Source of the DNA: a virus
Virus record (IMG/VR): IMGVR_UViG_3300009605_000020
Coordinates: 14,405-78,404 of that record
Reading direction: 5' to 3' (one strand)
Length of the DNA: 64,000 nt
The position numbers and the translations under genes were made by a program. Under the pieces are notes generated by a model. It saw only the letters and a list, made by a program, of their open reading frames with translations, was not told the DNA's origin and made no database searches. Positions 8,265 to 17,585 of this stretch are shown piece after piece. Every line of letters begins with the position of its first letter. Within the stretch, counting starts at the first letter, position 1.

Positions 8265-10358
8265 TTAGCAATCTCCTTTAATTCCGGCTAACGTCTTCCA
8301 ACGATCGAGCTGGACTGATTCTTGCAGTGGGGCGCCCTTAACAACACTGAACTTGTTTAGTGCATCCACAACCTCTTGTTCTTTGCCCTTCAGCTTCGGA
8401 GCTGATTTTGCGGCGCGCGTAACCAAGCTTTTAATTGCAGAGCCGTCTAGAATCGCTTTTTTAGCTCGGCGCAACTTTTTGATGAGTAATTTGGCCAGCA
8501 TTCTCGTTGTATTCCCGCCGACGCCGGCCCCTTCCAGGTTATTTACTAGACTCTTATCAAAAGTATAATAATATTTAGGTATAACTCGTTTTACTTTTAC
8601 GACCTCACCTTCTTTATTCTTGTATTTCCTGGCGCGTTTGTATCTTCGGTTTAATTTACCTAGAGAGAGGGCGCCCCATTTATCTGGGTCCCACCGATAT
8701 CCGCGGGTTCCCAGGCCTAGTTCGGCTTTCTCGGTACCCAGCTCATCAGTAATTTCAGATAAAAGATGGTCAAGGACGCCGTCCAGCGCCTCTTCTAACT
8801 CAACGCGTCCCATTAGAGCATCCGACTGGGCCCTCTCCATAGTATTTATATACTTTTGTTGGGCTGCTTTGCTGGGAAGGCGCGGAGCGTATACCTTAAC
8901 ATGGTCATTATCGTAGCGAAGAAGAATTGGTTTCACCACCTCTATTGCTTCAACTTCTGTTTTTTTACCTTCAACACACTTATTTTGTTCTTCGTCAAAT
9001 GTCTGACCTTCTGGGCAGTCGCATTTTCCTGTTTCTTCATTATAAACTTTACCCTGTGCCTCTTCCTCTTCGGAACACTTAGCGCCTGGCGGTGGTGGTT
9101 CCACCTCTTTGCATTCTAATGGATTCATTTCGTTCAGAAGGGCTTGTAAAAGCTGCGCGCGAGAAGATTTCTCACCCTTCTTGCGGAGCCACAGTACGGC
9201 TCCCGCAGACAAAGCCAATCCAACGCCGAGCGGCGCTAGAAGAGACGTTGCAACAGCGCCCAATGTACCGGCGGTAGCGGCGGCGGCGGCGCCCCCAGCG
9301 GCGTGGCCGGCAACAACTTTAGATACTTTAATCGCCGCGCCAGGAAGAGTGGGGTGCCACAACAGGCCGCCCTGGGGTGCGGCTCCAAAAACCGACGCCA
9401 TGGTCTGACCCGAAGCGCCGGGGGCGCCCGTGAGGGAATTCCATGTGGACAACCACTTAGAGGGATTGGCGCCAAGCTTGGATAAATCTTGGGGCGTAAT
9501 ACCATTGGCGCTCATATCTCTCAACATGTCTCCCAAAGGCATATTAGGACTATAATGCCCCGAGGATCCGTGTAGAATTCTACCCAGCATTTGGGTGGGG
9601 CCTTCTCCGGCGTCGACCTGGAGAACCTTATTGAGGGTCGTCGGCGCGGTGCTTGCACCGGGGCCCGTAAGCAATTGAACAAACCATGGCTGCTGGAGAA
9701 GTACGCTACCAAGCGCAGCCGTTGCGCCACCGAGCGCCAACATTGCAGGAGCTAGGCGAGACTGAAGCCCTTTTATGGTAGACGACTTTCCGCGGGCGCC
9801 ACCGAATGTTCCTTCTGTATCTTCGGCGCCCTTCTCTAATAAGACACCATCGTATTCTTGATTTTCTTTAAAGTGTTTGTACACATCCGCTAACTTATAA
9901 TCCAATATATGTCGAGCATAGTTGTTCAAATCATCGACAATAACATTGGCCTCGGGGCAACCCATGTCCCCCTTTTCAACTCCCATCTTAAGACCGGCGT
10001 AGACTGCATAAATTTCACTGAGTGCGTCGACAAATACACCGTTGTCTTTCATGTTTGGGAAGCCTTTAAAATTTTTCTTTAGGCCGCCGTCGAGCTTGCG
10101 AAGCAAGTCTTTCGTGCCCTTCTCAAGAAGGTCTTGAATCTTTTTCGCCGCCACTTTTTCGTCTTTGGTCATGCCCGGGCGCCATGCTAGCTTGCCACCC
10201 TTTTCGAGAGAGCCGAGCTTACTCAAACCATATTTAATAGTATCCCAAATGCCCTCTTGTAAGTAACCCGCGTCATACATCTCTTCATGAATAATGATTT
10301 CCCTTAAAAGAGCCTTGACTTCTAGTTCGGTCAGCAGAGTTTTCTTAACTTTGGTCAT
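8265..10358 (-). CDS. Putative internal head/ejection protein with hydrophobic segments and a Cys-rich module (697 aa)
   Basis: Several LxE sites (LQEG, LEEA, LSEI, LQES); two long Ala/Gly/Leu hydrophobic stretches; CSEE...CDCPEGQTFDEEQNKC; C-terminal RWKTLAGI. Confidence 0.5.
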   Translation of the reverse strand: MTKVKKTLLTELEVKALLREIIIHEEMYDAGYLQEGIWDTIKYGLSKLGSLEKGGKLAWRPGMTKDEKVAAKKIQDLLEKGTKDLLRKLDGGLKKNFKGFPNMKDNGVFVDALSEIYAVYAGLKMGVEKGDMGCPEANVIVDDLNNYARHILDYKLADVYKHFKENQEYDGVLLEKGAEDTEGTFGGARGKSSTIKGLQSRLAPAMLALGGATAALGSVLLQQPWFVQLLTGPGASTAPTTLNKVLQVDAGEGPTQMLGRILHGSSGHYSPNMPLGDMLRDMSANGITPQDLSKLGANPSKWLSTWNSLTGAPGASGQTMASVFGAAPQGGLLWHPTLPGAAIKVSKVVAGHAAGGAAAAATAGTLGAVATSLLAPLGVGLALSAGAVLWLRKKGEKSSRAQLLQALLNEMNPLECKEVEPPPPGAKCSEEEEAQGKVYNEETGKCDCPEGQTFDEEQNKCVEGKKTEVEAIEVVKPILLRYDNDHVKVYAPRLPSKAAQQKYINTMERAQSDALMGRVELEEALDGVLDHLLSEITDELGTEKAELGLGTRGYRWDPDKWGALSLGKLNRRYKRARKYKNKEGEVVKVKRVIPKYYYTFDKSLVNNLEGAGVGGNTTRMLAKLLIKKLRRAKKAILDGSAIKSLVTRAAKSAPKLKGKEQEVVDALNKFSVVKGAPLQESVQLDRWKTLAGIKGDC

Positions 10359-10362
10359 CCTT

Positions 10363-10965
10363 TTAATCCTCTAAAATTTTATTTAATGCTCGATTAATGC
10401 GATCTGCTTTGGTAAACACTTCGTTTAATCTATTTTTGTTTTCTCGCATCATAAATGCGCCAGGGGTTGAGGGCTCCGAAACCATATCAAAACAAATCAA
10501 TTGAAAATCGTCTTCAACCATGGTCCTGCCAGAATTTTCAGTCACAGAGCCTAGGCCGCGAGAAGAAATACCAATAGAACATCCTGAATCTATCAGAGAC
10601 CGAAGAATCCCACCGGATGGGGTGTCTAGAACCTTCATTTTTCCCATCACCTTATTGTCATCCATCCATATGTCGGTAACCTGATGAGAAACATTTCTAA
10701 GATTGATAACAGAATCCTCTGGATGGTCTAGTTCCCCTAGCGCTCGATTATCTTTTACTAACTTCTTGTAATTTTTAACTTCTCTCTCAAGAATAGTTAG
10801 TGGATAAACCCGTTTGTTGCCGTTCTCTACTTCGCCCATTTGCATCATGCCGGATAACATCATACCGCCCTCTTTGACATAGCGCTTTTCGTCTTCTGTT
10901 AACAGATCTTGGCATGAGCTGCCATCGCAAAGTTCGTAGTATTCTCGGAGAAGTTGTTTAGCCAT
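10363..10965 (-). CDS. gp21: Prohead core protease (T4 gp21-like)
   Basis: NGNKRVYP, ALGELDHP (catalytic His), GISSRGLGS (catalytic Ser), DMVSEPSTPGA. Confidence 0.92.
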   Translation of the reverse strand: MAKQLLREYYELCDGSSCQDLLTEDEKRYVKEGGMMLSGMMQMGEVENGNKRVYPLTILEREVKNYKKLVKDNRALGELDHPEDSVINLRNVSHQVTDIWMDDNKVMGKMKVLDTPSGGILRSLIDSGCSIGISSRGLGSVTENSGRTMVEDDFQLICFDMVSEPSTPGAFMMRENKNRLNEVFTKADRINRALNKILED

Positions 10966-10975
10966 AGTTTATTCC

Positions 10976-11350
10976 TTATTTCGAATATTTCCTGCCGAGG
11001 GGAATGTGTCCAAGACCCGGTACCGTGCGGGCCGCGCGGAGCTTATCGGCATCGATCTTCGCCATGCCCTCTGGGTCAGAGATTCTCTTCGCAATCTCAA
11101 CCCACTTAGCAGGCTGATAACTCCCACTAAAGGAGCGGAGCCTTTTTTCGCTCCACTTCAAAACCTCAACAGCTTTTAGGATAAGCTCGTCTTGGGCGGC
11201 GGTGTCGCCTTCACCTGCGAGTTCCGCGACGGCCAGGAGGCTTTCGAGATCTTGTCCTTCTTCAAGCGCCGAACCATCATCATTACGATTCGCAGTCTCG
11301 TTCAAGAAGTATCTTGGGTCTATTCTTTTTACATTTTTTCTATATGCCAT
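10976..11350 (-). CDS. Hypothetical protein, possible internal head cargo (124 aa)
   Basis: MAYRKNVKRIDPRYFLNE leader containing an LxE site, then a GC-richer body; AAGGA SD. Confidence 0.6.
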   Translation of the reverse strand: MAYRKNVKRIDPRYFLNETANRNDDGSALEEGQDLESLLAVAELAGEGDTAAQDELILKAVEVLKWSEKRLRSFSGSYQPAKWVEIAKRISDPEGMAKIDADKLRAARTVPGLGHIPLGRKYSK

Positions 11351-11379
11351 AATTTATTCCTTTTAAAGCTTTAAAGTAG

Positions 11380-11430
11380 TCAACTGCCTTTGCAGCAGCG
11401 ACGAACTGGTTGTAACATCCATTTAGTCAT
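11380..11430 (-). CDS. Candidate 16-aa Cys-Cys micropeptide (MTKWMLQPVRRCCKGS)
   Basis: GGAGA SD 5 nt upstream of the ATG; overlaps the end of the upstream gene; ends in TGA. Confidence 0.45.
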   Translation of the reverse strand: MTKWMLQPVRRCCKGS

Positions 11431-11731
11431 GTCGGTCTCCTTTTCCTATCTGTATTCCATCGTCACAGATAATCATATTTAAGGCATATGATGTGCCCGA
11501 ACTTAGGCAGCCCAATAAAAACGCAGTTACCGGACTACTACTAAACGTAATTAGTTCCGTCATAGGGTTAATTCCCCAAAGAAATACGCCCACCCAAAAA
11601 CCTATACACATAGGGCAAGAAAAGAAATAATGAGAAGGGCGAATACGATCTAATACTTTTGAAAAACAAAGAAGTTGCGTGAGACCGTACGCAATTAAAA
11701 CGAAATATAATAGCTGCATCAGAAAAAACAT
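11423..11731 (-). CDS. Small membrane protein with CxxC motif (DUF1360-like)
   Basis: Three hydrophobic segments and FSCPMCIGFWVG; alternative start at 11719. Confidence 0.6.
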   Translation of the reverse strand: MFFLMQLLYFVLIAYGLTQLLCFSKVLDRIRPSHYFFSCPMCIGFWVGVFLWGINPMTELITFSSSPVTAFLLGCLSSGTSYALNMIICDDGIQIGKGDRHD

Positions 11732-11733
11732 GA

Positions 11734-12240
11734 CTACATCTTGTAGCGAAGTGGAATATAATAATACCCCGGGACCATAGCGCCCTTCTCTGCCCCTTGC
11801 GGGACCTCCCCAAGCTCTGTAGTATCTCGATCGGCCGGGGTGATATAATATTTTTCCAGGTCTCTTTCGTAGTTCTGAGCGGTTAATCGGGCATCAGCCT
11901 CGTCAACAACAAACTCGGATATCACATACACCGCGGACTGCAGGGAATTGGCATTTTCACTAATCGGGATTTCCCCTTCTAATGAATTAAATATATTCCC
12001 CCCCTGAATGCTATCTCTTATCAAAACTCCTTTATCGGCCATAAACTCAAAAAATCTTGTTTGAGTTCCGTAAGCATCTTCAATACCGTCGCTCTTCGGA
12101 AAAGTTATTACCTTATTGTCTTTAGGTAACAAAACTATATCGATAAGATCGTGGTCCATTATTAAAAGATTTCCTTCTAATGTTTTCCGGGCATTGAGTT
12201 CTACTGTAGCCTGCGGACCTCCCACGGTAATCTTAATCAT
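11734..12240 (-). CDS. Hypothetical head-module protein (168 aa)
   Basis: Intact ORF overlapping the upstream gene, between portal and protease; ends TTELGEVPQ...YY. Confidence 0.65.
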   Translation of the reverse strand: MIKITVGGPQATVELNARKTLEGNLLIMDHDLIDIVLLPKDNKVITFPKSDGIEDAYGTQTRFFEFMADKGVLIRDSIQGGNIFNSLEGEIPISENANSLQSAVYVISEFVVDEADARLTAQNYERDLEKYYITPADRDTTELGEVPQGAEKGAMVPGYYYIPLRYKM

Positions 12241-13057
12241 TTGATTGAATTTCCCGTGTCAACTCTTGTATTCGTAATACTTGAGATATTATATCTTCTG
12301 AAGGAACGGACTCTTTAAAGCCCTCTAAAATATTAAGCACTTCTTTTGTTTTTTCGACCATCGCCTCGTCTGTGAAAATTTCTTCAAGCTTGAGAGAATC
12401 GGTCACTATCTTTTTAAGGCGCCCGATTTCTTCGTTTAAATATAGTTTTAACTCAAGACCGTTGTCGGCAAAAGAGGCAATATATTTACTTAGTAAATCC
12501 TTTTGCTCTTTTAGCAACGTGGTGTACTGTTCATTATATTTTTTAACAAAGGACCGATATACAATATTATCGATTGATTGCATGTGGGTTTCTTTTGTAT
12601 CATCAACCGCGCGCATTGTGTTGATTACTGTATCTTCGTACAAAACGCGCTGTTTGACTGATACGGAATTATTAAAAATAGCCGATATCGTGGCCAACGA
12701 TTTAAAGTTGGGAACAAATGTATTCCACGATTCATTAGAAAGAGATTTATTGATCTTATTGATAACTTTAGTTTGGCTATCAAAAATATCCTTACTGTCT
12801 ATTAGAGCCCGGGCCTTCTTGGTTTCATTTAAAAGCTTCTCAGCTAAATGAGGTTCCACATTGGTGGTTTCTGCTAGAGTCTTATAAAGTATTAATTCTT
12901 GACCAAGCGGGGTTCCTTTTTTAAAGTGTTCTTTAATAATAGCAGAGACCACATTTTTTCGTTTGTAATCTTTATCTACTATCGTTTTAGTTAACTCTTT
13001 AATCAGCACTTCATACAAAAAGGCCGTATTTCTTTTTTTATTGTGCTTTGCTTTCAC
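12233..13057 (-). CDS. Helical head-module protein, possibly prohead core (274 aa)
   Basis: KHNKKRNTAFLYE N-terminus; all-alpha; multiple LxE sites; directly after the portal gene. Confidence 0.6.
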   Translation of the reverse strand: MKAKHNKKRNTAFLYEVLIKELTKTIVDKDYKRKNVVSAIIKEHFKKGTPLGQELILYKTLAETTNVEPHLAEKLLNETKKARALIDSKDIFDSQTKVINKINKSLSNESWNTFVPNFKSLATISAIFNNSVSVKQRVLYEDTVINTMRAVDDTKETHMQSIDNIVYRSFVKKYNEQYTTLLKEQKDLLSKYIASFADNGLELKLYLNEEIGRLKKIVTDSLKLEEIFTDEAMVEKTKEVLNILEGFKESVPSEDIISQVLRIQELTREIQSND

Positions 13058-15041
13058 TTGTCTTGGTCTCCACTTCTTTAGTTTCCGCTTCTTTAGTCTC
13101 CAGCTCCGTAATTAGTTTTCTGATCGCTCTAGAGTTCTCAAATAAACTAGTTTCTTCACTATTATCATCATTATAATTAGGCTCTAGCTCCTCATAAAGT
13201 GCATTGACATTTAATAGTTGATGTCCGGGGAAAATATCTCGGCGTGAAGCTCCGTGACTTGGACGTAATTTTCTAGTAGTGGGGCCTCGTTTGTTGGTTT
13301 TTCGAGTATCATCTTTCTTTTTATAATACTTTTTTCCTTTTGCTTGTGGTTGTAAACTTATTCGAGTGGGCTTGTCTTCTCTGCGAGCCGGTGCAGCCAG
13401 AAGAGTGCTTTCTTCACCACCGGCAGCTTCACCACCTAGTTCACCACCCAGCTCGCCCCCGGCAGCTTCGCCACCTGGTACGTCTCCGAGTTCACCACCT
13501 AGTTCACCACCCAGCTCGCCTCCAAGTTCGTCACCCATTGGAGGCGCTCCTCCGAGGCCTCCGCCGGCGACTTCTTGAGCGGCCAATTCCGTAACCGCAT
13601 CGAGAGCTGCTTGATATTTTCTATCATAAAATGCCTCTCTTTGGTTACGCAAAAACTCTTCGTCAGTTAGATGTAAAATATTTTTCGCTATCCAATGTTT
13701 ACTAAACATACCTTCTACAACATTATTAGCAAGATCGAATTTTGTTCGAATATGCTCAATTTCTTGTAATTCTGCTAAACGAGATGGATTGTTCAAACTC
13801 ATTTTAAATGAAATTAAGTCTTGACCCCGGAAGCCGAGAGTAAATAGATGAACGACACCAATTTTTTCAAACTCTGATATGAGAGCGCGCTGCAGCCTTT
13901 GGATGGTTCGCGCAAAACGAATATCTTTTTGGGCCAAAGTAGTTTTATCTTCAGAGCCTCCTTCAGTCATCATCAAATAGGAGTGCGGGATCTTAATGGC
14001 TGAAAATAGTTTGTCGCGAATATATTTAACATCATCAATATCATTTAATGAATCGGCGCCCTTAAGTGTAGTTATATCAGATCCAACACCTCCGCGAATA
14101 GGAATAAAATAATCTTCTTCAACCGAAAGAGGATTATATCTTAAATCAACGCGACCAGTAGTTGGATCAACTATAGAGTTTCTCTTTAAAGAAGTTTTAA
14201 CTTTCTCCATATATTGCTCAACATCTTGAGGAGGTATATTGCCCACATCAATTTTAAACATACGCCGCTCGGGGGCCCGCACGACGCGATAAGCCAACAT
14301 AGCGTCTTCTATTAAAACGAGTTGACGCCAAATACGTCTCGCCGGGTCCAGAACAGAAGTTCCATAGGGGGCATGCTTGTCATTACCCAAAACTCTAAAG
14401 TGCGCAACTTGCCAATTTTCAAAAGTCATGTTGGCGGAATTCCACTGGAATTGCACATAATTAGGATTAGTCGGGTCCTGGCCCTCTAGCCTCTCCACTT
14501 CGCCAGACGGAAGGCCGATAACACCCTTAACTCCCAGTACTTCATCAATATCTAGATACAGAAAAAAATCGCCAAACTTGCACATTGTTCTGGCCCAGCC
14601 AAAGGCGTTGAATTCAATATTAAGCATTTCATAGAACAAAGATTCAAGAATCTCTTTGATCTCTTCGTTGCGACAATCTATCTTGAGAAGTCTATTGTAC
14701 TCATTAGAAGTCGTCATTTCATCAGCGTAAATATCCATAGCTGATGCAATCTCGGGCATATATTCCATTTGATCAAAATCAATATAACGTTCGTTACGAT
14801 TTTGATTCCGCATTGCAGCGGACGTCATCATATTATAATTGCGCGATAAATTATCCGAAGAACGCTTAAATTGATGACCACTTAAACTTTTAAAACGAGT
14901 CTGGTATTTATCTAGCGCCGAACGACGTTCTTCTCTTGTAAACTGAGCCCGATAATTTATTAGCGGGCCAGAAAAAATTCTCGTCAGTCTTTTAAAAAGT
15001 GGAGATGAGGGGTTACGTGGATTGTTCTTGTTGTCTGCCAT
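13038..15041 (-). CDS. gp20: Portal protein (T4 gp20-like)
   Basis: PEIASAMDIYADE, LIEDAMLAYRVVRAPERRMFKIDVGNIPP, EEDYFIPIR, DDVKYIRDKLFSAIKIP, DIRFARTIQRLQ. Confidence 0.95.
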   Translation of the reverse strand: MADNKNNPRNPSSPLFKRLTRIFSGPLINYRAQFTREERRSALDKYQTRFKSLSGHQFKRSSDNLSRNYNMMTSAAMRNQNRNERYIDFDQMEYMPEIASAMDIYADEMTTSNEYNRLLKIDCRNEEIKEILESLFYEMLNIEFNAFGWARTMCKFGDFFLYLDIDEVLGVKGVIGLPSGEVERLEGQDPTNPNYVQFQWNSANMTFENWQVAHFRVLGNDKHAPYGTSVLDPARRIWRQLVLIEDAMLAYRVVRAPERRMFKIDVGNIPPQDVEQYMEKVKTSLKRNSIVDPTTGRVDLRYNPLSVEEDYFIPIRGGVGSDITTLKGADSLNDIDDVKYIRDKLFSAIKIPHSYLMMTEGGSEDKTTLAQKDIRFARTIQRLQRALISEFEKIGVVHLFTLGFRGQDLISFKMSLNNPSRLAELQEIEHIRTKFDLANNVVEGMFSKHWIAKNILHLTDEEFLRNQREAFYDRKYQAALDAVTELAAQEVAGGGLGGAPPMGDELGGELGGELGGELGDVPGGEAAGGELGGELGGEAAGGEESTLLAAPARREDKPTRISLQPQAKGKKYYKKKDDTRKTNKRGPTTRKLRPSHGASRRDIFPGHQLLNVNALYEELEPNYNDDNSEETSLFENSRAIRKLITELETKEAETKEVETKTSESKAQ
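13405..13570 (-). repeat. Coding GGEL/GGEAA repeat in the portal C-terminal tail
   Basis: GDELGGELGGELGGELGDVPGGEAAGGELGGELGGEAAGGEE; the DNA block caccacctagttcaccacccagctcgcc occurs twice about 60 bp apart. Confidence 0.8.
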
Positions 15042-15045
15042 TTAT

Positions 15046-16632
15046 TTATCCCTTAATAATTCCTAGGTATTGTTTATTAAATTCTTTGGCCGCCTGCATG
15101 CGATCGTCTTCTGTGTGCACTTTATGGCCGATCATTCCAGGGATGGTTGTGGAAAAAGATCTATTAGATGTGGAAATAGCCGACAACGCATGTTTACTAT
15201 ATTCTACAGCGCGATCATTTTCTACCAGTACTGTATCTCTCACCCAGCATCCAATTGCAAAAGACATTACCAAATCATCATTGTATGATCTCATAGCTTG
15301 AGCTTTACCATTTTGCCAAATAAAAGTTTTCATTTCGCTCATCAAGCGATTGGAATTTATTTTAATAAGTTTGTTTCTCATGAACTCTTCCATCTTTGCT
15401 ATTACTAAAGGTCTTGTCTTGGCTGACGTTGTAAAGCCCGGGACGACATTAGATTGCCACTGCGCTGTGACAGCATCAACATAGTTGTGAGAAGTCTTAG
15501 TAGAATAATATATATTATTATAACCCTTATCAATAAGTTTATTAAGTACTGTAAATCCTATATTATTGTTCTCCGCCACAATCATACAATTACCATATTC
15601 TCTTCCCGCATCAAACAACATATCGGCATAATCGTCTGGGTTTGGTTTTCCGATATATTCAGCAACAATTTCTAACGTATCAGACTTAAAAACATGAAAA
15701 GCTGAATTGTCTTTACCATCGCCGCGAGCAATATCTGCCGATATAAAATATGGACTTCCAGCCTCATACTCTTCCCAGATCCAATAGTTTCGATCAAAGC
15801 CGGTACGATACTTAGGCTCCGTAATTAATCCTATGTAGTGAAGTATATCATCGGGGTGTACTACAGTTTCACCAGACACATTAAAACTGCATTCGAGTTC
15901 TTGCGCAATTTGGCGCTTAGACATGTTTTTAGTCTCTTTTTCGAACCATATCTGATCACGCTCTGGGTGGACATCCCACAACAACTTTGTTAGATTAAAG
16001 TTATTTACGCCACTCTCGGCCTCAACACATGTCTTGTGAAACCAGTTTCCCACACCGTTTGGTGTAGAAAGAGCTATACATCGCCCACCGGTCGATAGGG
16101 TAGGATAAAGAGCGGCCCACAAATCTCCCAGTTTTTCTACGTGGGCGGCTTCATCAACTATTAATAATGATAAAGCCTCAGAACGACCAACATCCGAAGA
16201 GGTGCTACTCGCTTTAATTTGGGAACCGTTGCTAAGCTCAAAAGATGTTCTGTTATCAATTGATATATTAGATATCCTCATCCACTCGGGAAGGGTTTTC
16301 ATTATCTTCTTAACTTTGCGTACTAAATTGGTTGCGGTTTGTAATTTGGTTGCAACGACTAAAATATTCTTGTCACGGTGAAAGAGCATCAACCATACTG
16401 TATACGCCGCAGTAACAGTAGATATTCCAAGCTGCCTAGCTTTTAAAACAACGTTAAACCGATAGTCATTAAAATCTTTTAATAGGTCTTCTTGAAAATC
16501 ATATGCTTTAAAGGGGATTATCCCTCTTTGAGGGTGAGATATCTTGCAATAATTTGTAATAAAATGAGTCGGATCTTTCCCTGATTTTACTACTTCTTTT
16601 ATAATCTCTTGCTTAGTAAGCTTGTATCCCAT
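15046..16632 (-). CDS. terL: Terminase large subunit (T4 gp17-like)
   Basis: YDFQ Q-motif, KARQLGIST Walker A, LLIVDEAAH Walker B, STPNG, QELECSF; nuclease ADIARG and DDLVMS. Confidence 0.95.
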   Translation of the reverse strand: MGYKLTKQEIIKEVVKSGKDPTHFITNYCKISHPQRGIIPFKAYDFQEDLLKDFNDYRFNVVLKARQLGISTVTAAYTVWLMLFHRDKNILVVATKLQTATNLVRKVKKIMKTLPEWMRISNISIDNRTSFELSNGSQIKASSTSSDVGRSEALSLLIVDEAAHVEKLGDLWAALYPTLSTGGRCIALSTPNGVGNWFHKTCVEAESGVNNFNLTKLLWDVHPERDQIWFEKETKNMSKRQIAQELECSFNVSGETVVHPDDILHYIGLITEPKYRTGFDRNYWIWEEYEAGSPYFISADIARGDGKDNSAFHVFKSDTLEIVAEYIGKPNPDDYADMLFDAGREYGNCMIVAENNNIGFTVLNKLIDKGYNNIYYSTKTSHNYVDAVTAQWQSNVVPGFTTSAKTRPLVIAKMEEFMRNKLIKINSNRLMSEMKTFIWQNGKAQAMRSYNDDLVMSFAIGCWVRDTVLVENDRAVEYSKHALSAISTSNRSFSTTIPGMIGHKVHTEDDRMQAAKEFNKQYLGIIKG

Positions 16633-16647
16633 AACACTTTATTATTT

Positions 16648-17190
16648 TTACCCTTTGCGCGTGTCATTGGAGGGACGTTTATTCTTAGGTCCAAGAGCAA
16701 GCCAATCTCGGACGGCTTTATCTAGCCCTTCTTTCTTGTCTGGGTTGACTTCCTTGACATCTCCTATGCCACCAATTTTATAGTCGCATGTGGCATTTAC
16801 ATCGGTTCGATAGTTAGAAAGTTTTTGCACTAGAACGGAAGGTTCTCCGACTCTAGTCAAAGTAAGACCATCTCCGGTGACTTTTTTATATTCTTTTTTG
16901 AGGAACGATGCAACCTTATTTATCATTTGAGAAATTTCATTCTCAAATCCTTTTTGCGCAACGTCTTTTAATCTTATTTCTGATTGATATAAGATAGTTA
17001 AAAGCGGGCCGTTAAACTTTACTCTAAACCCATCATTAACGCGTTTATCTCTAATAAAGTCACCCTCTTCTCGTCGGAGTCCCACCTTGTGGGGTTTCTC
17101 ATCAGCAATTAAGGTCTCATCGTGCGCGCCGTCATAAGCATTAGCAGCTGCCTGTGAAATACCTCGAATAATTTCTAGTGTTGTAGCCAT
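16648..17190 (-). CDS. Hypothetical protein (180 aa)
   Basis: Intact ORF in the operon upstream of terL; no recognisable motif. Confidence 0.65.
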   Translation of the reverse strand: MATTLEIIRGISQAAANAYDGAHDETLIADEKPHKVGLRREEGDFIRDKRVNDGFRVKFNGPLLTILYQSEIRLKDVAQKGFENEISQMINKVASFLKKEYKKVTGDGLTLTRVGEPSVLVQKLSNYRTDVNATCDYKIGGIGDVKEVNPDKKEGLDKAVRDWLALGPKNKRPSNDTRKG

Positions 17191-17195
17191 TTATA

Positions 17196-17585
17196 TCATC
17201 CCTCTTTATATGGTCGCCATCCAGATAACCATCTTTCTTCTCTATCCTCTATCCACTGAATGTAACACATATAGCATGTTGAAAACTTATTCATGTACAT
17301 CCCATCGCGCCCATCAAACGAATATTTTTCGCAAATCGGACAAACCCTATTTGTATCTTTACTAAGTAGTTTTTGGTTGATTAAAAAACCATCTTGTTCC
17401 ACTTTGACTTCCTTTTCAGATAGCTGCGCAAATTTTTGTCGTTCTTGAATAGATTGTTTAATATATTCTCGCTCTTTTTCATCATCCCAATTTTGCCGAG
17501 GATTATCTACTGTCTCACGGCCGTACTTTTGAGCAATTGCTTTTTCTAGTTTGGGAATATAGTTGGGGTCTTTGTCAGTCATCAC
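17196..17585 (-). CDS. Hypothetical protein with zinc-binding motif (129 aa)
   Basis: CPIC...CYMC followed by WIEDREERW. Confidence 0.65.
   Translation of the reverse strand: MMTDKDPNYIPKLEKAIAQKYGRETVDNPRQNWDDEKEREYIKQSIQERQKFAQLSEKEVKVEQDGFLINQKLLSKDTNRVCPICEKYSFDGRDGMYMNKFSTCYMCYIQWIEDREERWLSGWRPYKEG

Noticed and set aside
11362-11382. Selenocysteine recoding of the micro-ORF TGA
   Set aside because: The downstream hairpin is weak and AU-only, unlike a bacterial SECIS, and readthrough would add just 3 residues.
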